Assembly (NCBI GenBank): GCA_964614635.1
Contig: CAZTLV010000016.1
Location: 18,547 to 82,546, forward strand
Direction: 5' to 3'
DNA: 64,000 bases
Origin: an uncultured Terracidiphilus sp.
GTDB taxonomy: Bacteria; Acidobacteriota; Terriglobia; Terriglobales; Acidobacteriaceae
A model generated the notes under the pieces. The model saw nothing but the letters and a program-made list of their open reading frames with translations. It did no database searches and was not told where the DNA came from. Within the stretch, counting starts at the first letter, position 1. The number at the start of each line of letters is the position of its first letter. A program made the position numbers and the translations under genes. Positions 17,069-25,929 of this stretch are shown here, one piece after another.

Positions 17069-17257
17069 GTTGTCTCCAGTGCCGCTCCGCAAACCCAGGA
17101 TGCGACCCGAACAAGCAAAGTATACGCCGGTTTGGAATTCAGCGGAATCAGCCGGGCCATCGCCTCAATCTTTCCCGAGCCCGGCATCGACCGCGAACGC
17201 GCTTGCGGACCCTTCGCCCGACGCTGCACACTGAAAGCCGAACGATTGGACGGACAA

Positions 17258-17986
17258 ATGCTTTCACCATTTGCGATTGAGACCTCCGCTGGAATTGCCG
17301 CTCTTGGCCTGGCGGCGGGCGGATGGACGTATGCCGCACGCTGGCCGGGGTCGCAGCTATTCGGTAAAGCCATGACGGCGCCAATGCGTCCTGGTGAGGT
17401 TGCTCTCACGTTTGACGATGGTCCCAACCCGGTGTGGACTCCACGTCTTCTCGATATTCTTTCCAGCGATGACATCCGCGCTACATTCTTTCTGGTGGGC
17501 AGCCATGCCCAGGCAGAGCCGGAACTGGTCCGTCGCATTGTTGCCGCCGGGCACTTGATTGGGAACCACTCCTGGAGCCACCCCAATCTCTCGCTCACCG
17601 CGGCAACGCGCGTGCAACATGAACTGACCCGGACCAGTGAGGTGTTGCAACAAATTGCTGGGGTTCGCGTAGAGTATTTTCGGCCGCCCTACGGCGCACG
17701 CCGACCTGTTGTGTTTCGCATGGCAAGGTCACTGGGAATGATCCCCGTACTTTGGAACGCCATGACCTCAGATTGGCGCGAGCCTTCCGCAGACAGGATT
17801 GCGCTGAGACTTAAATCCTCAATTGACCGCCTGCAGCAGCAGGGCCTTGCCGCCAACATTGTGCTCCATGATGGCAGTCACCGCGAACCGCGCGCAGATC
17901 GTGGCCCCTCGGTGGCCGCAGCCGGGCAATTGATTGCGCAATATAAGAAAACCCATCGTTTTGTGAAGTTGGACTCGTGGGCCTGA
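17258..17986 (+). CDS. Polysaccharide deacetylase (NodB homology domain, CE4-type)
   Basis: VALTFDDGPNP...ATFFLVGSHA...GHLIGNHSWSHPNLS...YFRPPYG are NodB motifs 1-3. I chose the ATG at 17258 (MLSPFAIETSAGIAALGLAAGG is a TM anchor). Confidence 0.85.
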   Translation: MLSPFAIETSAGIAALGLAAGGWTYAARWPGSQLFGKAMTAPMRPGEVALTFDDGPNPVWTPRLLDILSSDDIRATFFLVGSHAQAEPELVRRIVAAGHLIGNHSWSHPNLSLTAATRVQHELTRTSEVLQQIAGVRVEYFRPPYGARRPVVFRMARSLGMIPVLWNAMTSDWREPSADRIALRLKSSIDRLQQQGLAANIVLHDGSHREPRADRGPSVAAAGQLIAQYKKTHRFVKLDSWA

Positions 17987-18005
17987 CCCCGAGGCTCGCA
18001 CCAAG

Positions 18006-18623
18006 CTAAGAGCTTGGCGCCGTCGCTGCCGGTGGAATCTTTGGTGGACCCAGCACCTGGTCCAGTTCCTTCCGGTAGCGGTCAAGCAGTTCCTTGTTCC
18101 GCGATTCCAGCTTCCTTGTCACGGCGGGCATTACTTCTTTTGCCATCAACGGCTGCGCGTCCAGAATGTGCTGGCCCGGCGTGGACCGATAAAAAGCGAT
18201 GATTCCGTCCACATCGGCCCTGCTCAGATGGCGCTGATACACCTCGACCATGTCGTTGACCATCTCGTCGGTTGGATACAGGCTTGTCGACAGTTCAATG
18301 TACTTTTGGGTCACTTTCTGCTCGGCAGCCTTTTGTTCCGGCGTCAGCTCGCCGGCGCCAACCGGATGATTCGGCTCGACGTTCTCTTCCTCATTCTGCA
18401 GTTGCTGTTGCAGAGCCGCCGGCACCATCTTCAGCATCTCATCCATCTGTGACCGGATGCGCATCACCTCGAAGAGTCGCACCAACTGCTCCTTCGATGG
18501 TCTATCTGCCGGAGCAATTGTGCGCGATGCCGTGGAATCTGCCGCTGGCGGTTTTGCCTGCTGCGCCACTGAAGTCATCAGGCAAATCAAAATTGTGGCG
18601 AGGGTGAGGGTGGATCGATGCAT
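18006..18623 (-). CDS. Exported DUF2059-like protein
   Basis: It has a signal peptide (MHRSTLTLATILICLMTSVAQQ) and a helical domain with YPTDEMVNDMVEVYQRHLSRADVDGIIAFYRSTPGQHIL. The family name is recalled from memory. Confidence 0.6.
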   Translation of the reverse strand: MHRSTLTLATILICLMTSVAQQAKPPAADSTASRTIAPADRPSKEQLVRLFEVMRIRSQMDEMLKMVPAALQQQLQNEEENVEPNHPVGAGELTPEQKAAEQKVTQKYIELSTSLYPTDEMVNDMVEVYQRHLSRADVDGIIAFYRSTPGQHILDAQPLMAKEVMPAVTRKLESRNKELLDRYRKELDQVLGPPKIPPAATAPSS

Positions 18624-18662
18624 CTGAATTGGTTCCTCGGCAAGAGTCTAGCGCATTCCAGC

Positions 18663-20054
18663 CTAGGTTGTTGTCATTTGCTGGAATGCGTTGCGAGCGG
18701 CTGCAATGGTGGCAGAGACCTCTTCCTCGCCGTGCGCGGTGCTCAGGAACGCCGCTTCAAATTGAGATGGAGGCAGCCAGATGCCTTGGTCCAGCATGGC
18801 GCGATGAAACCGTCCGAACGCGGCTGTATCGGACTTCGCTGCCTGCTCGTAGTTGGTCACCGGTCCCGGTTTGAAGAACCAGGTCCACATGGAACCCACC
18901 CGGTTCAGGCCCACCGGGATGTTCGCGTTGAATGCTTCTTGTGCCACGCCGTCAGCCACCGCGGCCGCAGAAGCATTCAGCTGTGCATAGATTTGTTGTG
19001 AGTGGGCTTGAAGATGGCTGATGGTGGCAAGGCCGGCAGCCATGGCCAGGGGATTGCCGCTCAACGTTCCAGCCTGGTAGACCGGTCCCAGCGGGGCCAG
19101 CATATCCATGAAGGCTCGCTTGCCGCCGAAGACGCCTACTGGCAGCCCTCCGCCGACAATTTTGCCCAATGTCACCAGATCGGGCTCGAGTGAGTACATC
19201 TCGCAGGCTCCCCCAAGTCCCAAACGAAAGCCAGTCATCACCTCATCCACAATCAGCAGTGCGCCATGGCGGGAAGTGATCCTGCGCAAGCCTGCCAAAT
19301 AGTCTTCGGCTGGCGGTGTCGCGGTCCCAAATCGAGCATTCGCATCGTAGACTTTTTGCAGTAAAGGGTTATAAGCCGCGGCAGGCGGGATGCAGCCTGC
19401 GTTGCCCACCACCGGCTCAACGATGATTGCGGCAATCTCGCCGGGATGAGCGTCGAAAGCCGCTTCCAAGGCTGCGATGTCGTTATAGGGCAGCGCCAGC
19501 GTCAGCGCCGCGATCTCTTCCGGCACACCCGCCGATCCGGGAATTCCAAAAGTCGCCACGCCGGATCCGGCTTTCACAAGCAGCCCATCCGAGTGCCCGT
19601 GGTAACAGCCTTCAAACTTCACAATGATTTTGCGGCCGGTGGCGGCGCGGGCCAGTCTGATGGCTGACATGGTGGCTTCAGTGCCGGAGCTGACAAAACG
19701 GAGCTTCTCGATGCACGGGTAGCAGGCGGTAATGCGTTCCGCCAGGTCGGCCTCGGCAGCCGTGGACGCACCAAAGCTGGACGAGTTGCGCGCAGCCCGT
19801 TCGATCGCCTCCACCACTTGCGGAAAGGCGTGCCCCAGAATCATCGGTCCCCAGGAGCCGAAGTAATCGATGTAGCGATTCCCATCCGCGTCCGTGATCC
19901 AAGCACCCTGCGCACTCTCAATAAAAGGCGGCCCGCCACCCACTGCGCCAAACGCCCGCACCGGCGAGTTCACGCCTCCGGGAAAGAACCGTTCTGCGCG
20001 CTGTTGCAGTGCCTGGGACCGGGTGCGGACGGGGGTCGGCAAACTGTGACTCAT
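18663..20054 (-). CDS. hemL: Glutamate-1-semialdehyde 2,1-aminomutase
   Basis: [12 protein letters not shown]...[13 protein letters not shown]...[14 protein letters not shown]...DEVMTGFR...[16 protein letters not shown]...QAGTLSGNP matches HemL. It contains an extra segment of about 24 aa (see findings). Confidence 0.95.
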   Translation of the reverse strand: MSHSLPTPVRTRSQALQQRAERFFPGGVNSPVRAFGAVGGGPPFIESAQGAWITDADGNRYIDYFGSWGPMILGHAFPQVVEAIERAARNSSSFGASTAAEADLAERITACYPCIEKLRFVSSGTEATMSAIRLARAATGRKIIVKFEGCYHGHSDGLLVKAGSGVATFGIPGSAGVPEEIAALTLALPYNDIAALEAAFDAHPGEIAAIIVEPVVGNAGCIPPAAAYNPLLQKVYDANARFGTATPPAEDYLAGLRRITSRHGALLIVDEVMTGFRLGLGGACEMYSLEPDLVTLGKIVGGGLPVGVFGGKRAFMDMLAPLGPVYQAGTLSGNPLAMAAGLATISHLQAHSQQIYAQLNASAAAVADGVAQEAFNANIPVGLNRVGSMWTWFFKPGPVTNYEQAAKSDTAAFGRFHRAMLDQGIWLPPSQFEAAFLSTAHGEEEVSATIAAARNAFQQMTTT

Positions 20055-20133
20055 CGTGGTTTCAGTATAGAAGGCTCAAGGTTCACGCCAGCCGAATTGA
20101 ATCGCGCCTCCTTGCAATGGCATCCTGATAACA

Positions 20134-20580
20134 GTGAGTGAGTTTGACGAACTCGGCGACCGTCTGTTGGTCATCTTCGACGGCCATTGCGGCTTTTGCA
20201 ACGGTTCGGTGCGTTGGTCCTTGCGACGCGACCGCTTCGACCGTCTGCGGTTTATTGCCTCCGAGTCGCCAAGAGTGTCGGGCCTGCTGGTGCGCCTGGG
20301 AATTAGTGCGTTGGACTCGCCTTCTGGCCCGGGCTCCATCGTAGTGATTCGCGAACCTGATCGCCCATCGGAGCAGGTCCTCGTTCGTTCCTCTGCCGTG
20401 ATCGCAATATTGGCCGCTTTGCCCGGCCCCTGGCCGGCGCTGGCATTCGTGTTGAGCTGCATCCCGCGCCCACTGCGTGACTTTGGCTATCAAATCGTTG
20501 CGCGTTTGCGATACCGGATCTGGGGACGCCTGGAGAGTTGCCCGCTCCCCACTCCCGCTGAACGGGCTCGATTCCTCTAG
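20134..20580 (+). CDS. DCC-family thiol-disulfide oxidoreductase (DUF393)
   Basis: VIFDGHCGFCNGSVRW is the DCC motif, and the size is typical for the family. Confidence 0.8.
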   Translation: MSEFDELGDRLLVIFDGHCGFCNGSVRWSLRRDRFDRLRFIASESPRVSGLLVRLGISALDSPSGPGSIVVIREPDRPSEQVLVRSSAVIAILAALPGPWPALAFVLSCIPRPLRDFGYQIVARLRYRIWGRLESCPLPTPAERARFL

Positions 20581-20898
20581 ATTTTTGATCCGACGAGAGG
20601 CTTGTCAATAGATTCCACCCACCGGCATCATCGTGACCACGATCCTGCGGTCAAGGCTGGGTTGTTACGCGTGGAATACCACCATTGGTGGTCAAGCGAC
20701 CATGTACTCCCCTGGTAGTGCCCAAAAACAGCTGCCTTGCTCCGCCTCTTCACTCGCAATGTTCTTCGATGCGAACCGGCCACAACCTGCCCAGTGTCCC
20801 TGCCCTGCGGTGCAAATCCATCCGCCCTGGTGCTGCTAGAATCGACCTTTCCGGCCGTCAACGCCGCGCAAGAATCCCATCCGCAGAAAGTCCGCAAA

Positions 20899-21966
20899 GT
20901 GCCTGAAGAACCGAAGAGCAAAAGCGAGCCCAAATCCAAATCCGTAACCTATGCCGACGCCGGTGTTGACATCAGCAGCGGCGATCTCGCCAAGCAGCGG
21001 ATCAAGTTTCTGGCACAAAAGACCTTTAATCGCAATGTCTTGGGCGGAATTGGCGGTTTTGGCGCGCTCTTCCGTTTGGATCTGCAGCGCTGGAAGAATC
21101 CCATCCTGGTCAGCTCGGCTGATGGCGTTGGAACCAAGCTGAAGGTGGCCTTCGAACTTGGCATGCACCACACCGTGGGCACTGACCTGGTGAACCACTG
21201 TGTCAATGACATCGCGGTACAAGGGGCCACGCCCCTATTCTTTCTGGACTACCTGGCCAGCGGAAAACTGGACCCTGAAGTGACAGAGGAAGTGATTACA
21301 GGACTGGCCGAGGGGTGCAAAGCCAACGGTTGCGCTCTGATCGGCGGAGAGACTGCCCAGATGCCGGGGTTCTACGCCGATGGAGAGTACGATCTGGCAG
21401 GCTTTATCGTCGGAGCGGTAGATCGCGACAAGATGGTCACCGGCGAGGCCATCAGGGTGGGCGACGTGCTGATTGGTTTGCCCTCCACCGGGCTGCATAC
21501 CAACGGCTACTCGCTGGCTCGTAAATTGCTCTTTGAGGTTGCCGGATACAAATCCACACAATATGTGCCCGCCCTTAAGGAGAAGGCCGGCGCGGTGCTC
21601 ATGAAGACCCATCGCAGTTACCTTCACGTGATTCAAAAGCTGGTTGCAGCCGGAATGACCTCGGGAATGGCGCATATCACCGGCGGCGGCATCACTGAGA
21701 ATCTTCCCCGCATCCTGCCCAAGCACACTGCTGCACAGGTGGAATTGGGATCGTGGCCTGCGCTGCCGATCTTTGAGCATCTGCAGGCGCTTGGCCAGGT
21801 TTCGCACGAAGAGATGATGCGTACCTTCAACATGGGCATCGGCCTCATCGCTGCAATTCCCGCGGAGAAGTTTACGCGAGCCAAGAATCTGCTCAACCGG
21901 GCTGAAGAAAAGTTCTATCTGATCGGGCGGGTAGTCAAAGGCGACCGCCGGGTGCAATACACGTGA
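20899..21966 (+). CDS. purM: Phosphoribosylformylglycinamidine cyclo-ligase (AIR synthetase)
   Basis: YADAGVDISSGD...GGFGALF...LVSSADGVGTKL...DLVNHCVNDIAVQGA...GGETAQMPG matches PurM. The start is uncertain. GTG 20899 is the closest in-frame start to the conserved core, whereas the track start (TTG 20737) adds about 54 implausible residues. Confidence 0.85.
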   Translation: MPEEPKSKSEPKSKSVTYADAGVDISSGDLAKQRIKFLAQKTFNRNVLGGIGGFGALFRLDLQRWKNPILVSSADGVGTKLKVAFELGMHHTVGTDLVNHCVNDIAVQGATPLFFLDYLASGKLDPEVTEEVITGLAEGCKANGCALIGGETAQMPGFYADGEYDLAGFIVGAVDRDKMVTGEAIRVGDVLIGLPSTGLHTNGYSLARKLLFEVAGYKSTQYVPALKEKAGAVLMKTHRSYLHVIQKLVAAGMTSGMAHITGGGITENLPRILPKHTAAQVELGSWPALPIFEHLQALGQVSHEEMMRTFNMGIGLIAAIPAEKFTRAKNLLNRAEEKFYLIGRVVKGDRRVQYT

Positions 21967-22610
21967 GCGTGGATTTGGCGTGGGCAGGAAAAAATCCAAT
22001 TCGGCTGGGGATTCTGCTCTCAGGCCGCGGGTCGAACTTCCTCGCCATCGCTGAATCGATCCGGGCTGGACGCCTCCCCGGAGTGCAGATCGCAGTCGTG
22101 ATCTCCAACGTCGCCGAGGCGCCCGGCCTGGCAAAGGCCCGTGAATTGGGACTTCCGAATGCAGTTTTTGTCTCCAGGGGTAGAGGCCGCGCAGAGCACG
22201 ATGCTGACTTGATTGCCTGCCTGCAAGAGCACCAAGTGGATCTGATTTGTCTGGCCGGATACATGCGGCTTTTGTCATCCGAGTTCATTGCCGCGTTTCC
22301 CAATCGCATTCTCAACATTCATCCGTCGCTGCTGCCGGCCTTCTCGGGGCTTGGGGCGCAACAGCAGGCATTCGAGTATGGCGTCAAGGTCGCCGGCTGC
22401 ACGGTTCATTTTGTCGATGACCACCTTGACCATGGAGTCATTGTGTTGCAGCGGATCATTCCGGTGCTTGAGAGCGACGATACGCACTCCTTGAGTGACA
22501 GGATTCTGGCTGAAGAACACATCGCTTACACCCAAGCGATTGCCTGCGTTGCAAGCGGAGATTATGAGATTCGCGGACGCCGCTATATTAGGCGGAATTC
22601 TATGGGGTAA
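21963..22610 (+). CDS. purN: Phosphoribosylglycinamide formyltransferase
   Basis: LGILLSGRGSNFLAI...ICLAGYMRLL...NIHPSLLPAFSGL...GCTVHFVDDHLDHGVIV matches PurN. The GTG start overlaps the purM stop. Confidence 0.9.
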   Translation: MSVDLAWAGKNPIRLGILLSGRGSNFLAIAESIRAGRLPGVQIAVVISNVAEAPGLAKARELGLPNAVFVSRGRGRAEHDADLIACLQEHQVDLICLAGYMRLLSSEFIAAFPNRILNIHPSLLPAFSGLGAQQQAFEYGVKVAGCTVHFVDDHLDHGVIVLQRIIPVLESDDTHSLSDRILAEEHIAYTQAIACVASGDYEIRGRRYIRRNSMG

Positions 22611-22885
22611 CTGCCCTGTCAAGCGAACACCCGCAACAGAAATCCATAAACATCTGAATTCATATACTTTCTATACTTACCTGCTTTTGCCGAACATATA
22701 TCTCCACTCTCCTACCCTTGTAGATAGCCAGGCCATCGAGCAGTCTCTCTGCCAGCGATTCAATCCACCCCCCAACTCCGCTTCTTGCCCCGAGGCTCAG
22801 GGATGCGGGACGGTGGCTGTCTGCGCTATCGCAGCTTTCGCGTCAAACGCGGCTACAACCACGGCTGCGTTTGAGACGGCGTCGC

Positions 22886-22909
22886 TGCCCTTCGACGAGT
22901 CGAAGGGCA
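22886..22909. terminator. Strong hairpin between the convergent purN and protease genes (terminator without a U-tract)
   Basis: Perfect 11-nt arms TGCCCTTCGAC (22886..22896) and GTCGAAGGGCA (22899..22909), located 15 nt downstream of the minus-strand stop at 22924. No T-run follows on either strand. Confidence 0.4.
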
Positions 22910-22923
22910 CGGCCATACCGCGC

Positions 22924-24096
22924 TTAAGTGTTCGCGTCCCGCGCTTCTCCCAGAATCAGCTTGAGCGTGATTTCCTTGAGTCCGCGATAAAGTGTCAGGC
23001 TCACCGTGTCCCCGGCCTGGTGCTTGTCCATCATGGCGCTGATATCCTGGGGATCGCTGACCTCCTGGCCGTCGACGGCCACAATCAGATCACCGCCTAG
23101 CATGATCGGGGTGTTGCCCACGTATGCCTGCTGGTTTCCACCATGAATGCCCGCCCGTTCCGCCGCGCCCCCGGGAAGGACCTTTTGTACCAGGACGCCC
23201 GACTCCACCGCCAGTCCCATCTGCGAAGCCAGGTCAGGACCAATGGGATAGGAAACGATGCCCAGCGACGGCCTCTTGACGCGGCCGAAACGTGTCAGGT
23301 CAGTCAGCACGGCCTTCGCGGTGTTGATGGGAATGGCGAACCCAATTCCCGAACTCTGGTTCGCACCGTTCGAAGCTATCATCGTGTTAATTCCGATGAC
23401 CTCACCACGAGAGTTCAGCAATGGGCCGCCGGAGTTCCCAGGATTGATCGCCGCATCGGTCTGAATCGCGTCTTCGATCGGCGCGCCTTCAGCCCCGCGA
23501 ATCGAGCGGATTGAGCTGATGATCCCCCGGGTCATGGTTCCGCTCAGCCCGAAAGGATTGCCGATCGCGTACACCTTCTGGCCCACCGAAAGTCCGCCGG
23601 AATCGGCCAGCGTCACCGGCGCCAGGTTGGGTGCATCCACCTGCAGCAGGGCAAGATCGTGCACCTTGTCTGTCCCAATCACTTTGGCTGCGTACCGGTG
23701 CTTGTTGCTCAACATCACTTCAACGCCGCGATCGGCCCCCTCAACTACGTGATAGTTGGTCAGCACATGGCCGGCTTTGTCGAGAATGAACCCCGAGCCC
23801 TGCCCACGCTGGGGCACGACTCCCTCAAAGAAGTCGAACACCAGGCTTGTGGAGGTGATGTTCACGACCGAGGGAAGCACCCTCTTGTACACCGCGATGT
23901 TGTTTTGCTCTTCAGAATCATAAGTGGGCGCGGCTTCAGCCTCAGTCAGCTCCAGCGGCGAACCGGCGCTCTTGGCCCCCAGGACTGAGAAATGCGGAAA
24001 AGCCGAACTGCCTGGAGTTGAAGAGAAATGTGAAGTGACGAACCAGAATCCGCCAACGATCAGGACAACAAAAAGTGCGAGACGCAATGGCTTCAT
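22924..24096 (-). CDS. HtrA/DegP-family periplasmic serine protease (trypsin-like domain plus one PDZ domain)
   Basis: HVLTNYHVV (His), DLALLQV (Asp) and GNSGGPLLN (Ser) form the triad, with a C-terminal PDZ domain. I chose the ATG at 24096 (MKPLRLALFVVLIVGGFWFV is an anchor). Confidence 0.9.
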   Translation of the reverse strand: MKPLRLALFVVLIVGGFWFVTSHFSSTPGSSAFPHFSVLGAKSAGSPLELTEAEAAPTYDSEEQNNIAVYKRVLPSVVNITSTSLVFDFFEGVVPQRGQGSGFILDKAGHVLTNYHVVEGADRGVEVMLSNKHRYAAKVIGTDKVHDLALLQVDAPNLAPVTLADSGGLSVGQKVYAIGNPFGLSGTMTRGIISSIRSIRGAEGAPIEDAIQTDAAINPGNSGGPLLNSRGEVIGINTMIASNGANQSSGIGFAIPINTAKAVLTDLTRFGRVKRPSLGIVSYPIGPDLASQMGLAVESGVLVQKVLPGGAAERAGIHGGNQQAYVGNTPIMLGGDLIVAVDGQEVSDPQDISAMMDKHQAGDTVSLTLYRGLKEITLKLILGEARDANT

Positions 24097-24180
24097 GGCT
24101 TTTTGAACCTTCTTGACCTTCCATACACAGATACGCTCGCGGCTCGCCGAGGTTCCATACCGTCGGACGACCGTCAATGC

Positions 24181-24894
24181 TTATTCTAAAGACAGTTTTG
24201 CTGTGAAATTGTTGCTTTCGGCCTTCAATTGCTGCCAGAGCGCGACAGTCTGGTCCAGGAGCGCGGACTTATCTCCCGTGTTGTCCAGTACATAGTCGGC
24301 ATGCTTCACTTTTTCAGCATCGGGGATCTGGTGCGCGAGCCGACGCCGAGCGTCGGCTTCAGCAGCTTCCCGGCTTGCATAACTTACGCGACCTTCTCCC
24401 GCCTGAAAGATCCTGTCCACATAGCGGGCGATCTTCACGTCGTCAGACGCTGTCACAACCACTAACCGTGTGATGCGCCGCCGCCAATCCGCCAGAATGC
24501 TGTCCTTGTCGCCGCGTGCGCGCGCATCCCGCTCGACTTCAAAGATCAACGCTGACTCAACAACCGCTACCGCCGCCGGATCGCGCTCGAAAACCTCGTT
24601 CATCCACAGTTGCTGCGCGGCAATCACCGCCGGATGCACAATGGCGTTGAGCTCGTGAATCCTGTTTGCCTGAAATGCCAGCTCAGCCAGGCGCGAGCGG
24701 TTCAGCCGCCCATCTGCGCCCACTACATCCGGTCCGAAGACGCGCACGATCTCCGCAGAAACCCGCTGGCCAGGCTCCATCAACTTGCGGCCCAACTCGT
24801 CAGCCTCAATCACCTCGGCGCCAAGCTTGCCCAAATATCCGGCGACGGTACTCTTCCCGCTCCCAAGCCCGCCGGTCAGGCCGACACGCAACAT
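24181..24894 (-). CDS. coaE: Dephospho-CoA kinase
   Basis: VGLTGGLGSGKSTVAGYL is the P-loop at the extreme N-terminus and matches the CoaE layout. At 237 aa it has a longer C-terminus than the roughly 200 aa I expect. Confidence 0.85.
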   Translation of the reverse strand: MLRVGLTGGLGSGKSTVAGYLGKLGAEVIEADELGRKLMEPGQRVSAEIVRVFGPDVVGADGRLNRSRLAELAFQANRIHELNAIVHPAVIAAQQLWMNEVFERDPAAVAVVESALIFEVERDARARGDKDSILADWRRRITRLVVVTASDDVKIARYVDRIFQAGEGRVSYASREAAEADARRRLAHQIPDAEKVKHADYVLDNTGDKSALLDQTVALWQQLKAESNNFTAKLSLE

Positions 24895-24897
24895 TGG

Positions 24898-25812
24898 CTA
24901 GATTCCCCGCCGCATCTTCGCGGCAAGTACGGTGTTCGCCATCAGCATGGCAATCGTCAAAGGGCCAACGCCGCCGGGAACAGGTGTATAAGCCCCTGCC
25001 AACTCGAATGCCCTGGGATGCACGTCACCCACAATCGTCGTTCCCCGCTTGGCGAAAGCCGCTTCGCGTTTGGCATTCCCTGCAAAAAACCGTTCGAATT
25101 CCTCACGGCTGCTGATGCGATTAATGCCCACGTCAACAACCGTCGCGCCTGGCTTCACCATCTCTGGAGTGATAAACCCGGCACGACCGATCGCTGCCAC
25201 CAATATGTCAGCCTGTCGCGTAATCTGCGGCAAGTCGCGGGTCTTCGAGTGGCAGATCGTCACCGTGGCATTCTGATGGAGCAGAAGCATAGCCGCTGGT
25301 TTGCCCACAATGTCGCTGCGACCTACGACCACGGCGTGCTGGCCGGCCATCGGAATCCCGCTGCGCTTCAAAATCTCAATCACCCCGGCTGGTGTACAAG
25401 GCGCCAAAGCCGGGCGTCCAGCCTGCAGGCGGCCTGCGTTTACCGGGTGAAGGCCGTCCACATCCTTCGACGGCGATACAGCATCCAGCAGGGCCTTCGC
25501 ATCTACCTGTGCAGGCAAAGGCAACTGGATCAGGATGCCGTCTATGTCATCGCGGTCGTTCAGGCTCCGCACAACATCGAGCATGTCTTCAGTAGTGACC
25601 GTCTCCGCGGGCGTAATCAGCTCGCTGAAGAGCCCCAGGTCGGCACAGGTTTGCACCTTGCTGCGAACATAAATCTCTGAGGCTGCCACGTGACCCACCA
25701 GCACAGCTGCCAGCCCCGGCCTGATACCTTGCGCGGCCAGAACCTTCACTTCCTCGGCAACTTCCTGCTTGATGGCCGCGGCAATGGCCCCACCGTCCAG
25801 AATTCTTGGCAT
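24898..25812 (-). CDS. folD: Bifunctional methylenetetrahydrofolate dehydrogenase / methenyl-THF cyclohydrolase
   Basis: ILDGGAIA...PGLAAVLVG...ASEIYVRSK...LIQLPLP...DVDGLHP.N.G...CTPAG...VVVGRSDIVGKP...TICHSKT...PVPGGVGP matches FolD. Confidence 0.95.
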   Translation of the reverse strand: MPRILDGGAIAAAIKQEVAEEVKVLAAQGIRPGLAAVLVGHVAASEIYVRSKVQTCADLGLFSELITPAETVTTEDMLDVVRSLNDRDDIDGILIQLPLPAQVDAKALLDAVSPSKDVDGLHPVNAGRLQAGRPALAPCTPAGVIEILKRSGIPMAGQHAVVVGRSDIVGKPAAMLLLHQNATVTICHSKTRDLPQITRQADILVAAIGRAGFITPEMVKPGATVVDVGINRISSREEFERFFAGNAKREAAFAKRGTTIVGDVHPRAFELAGAYTPVPGGVGPLTIAMLMANTVLAAKMRRGI

Positions 25813-25929
25813 CTTGCGCTCCAGGATTTATCGTATCGCCTCCCGCCCCTGAGCAGCATTGCCCGGGCACGACAGCCACCTCTAGAAACTTCTTTACTTC
25901 CAATATCCTCTGCGCGTTATGCTTGCGTC

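Noticed and set aside
20581-20898. A purine/ZTP-type or THF riboswitch upstream of purM, and likewise upstream of folD at 25813..25929.
   Set aside because: I could not find the conserved cores (for example GACUGGCG...CCGCCUGGGC for ZTP). Only a small ACCACCATTGGTGGT palindrome and a loose CCGCCCTGG match are present.
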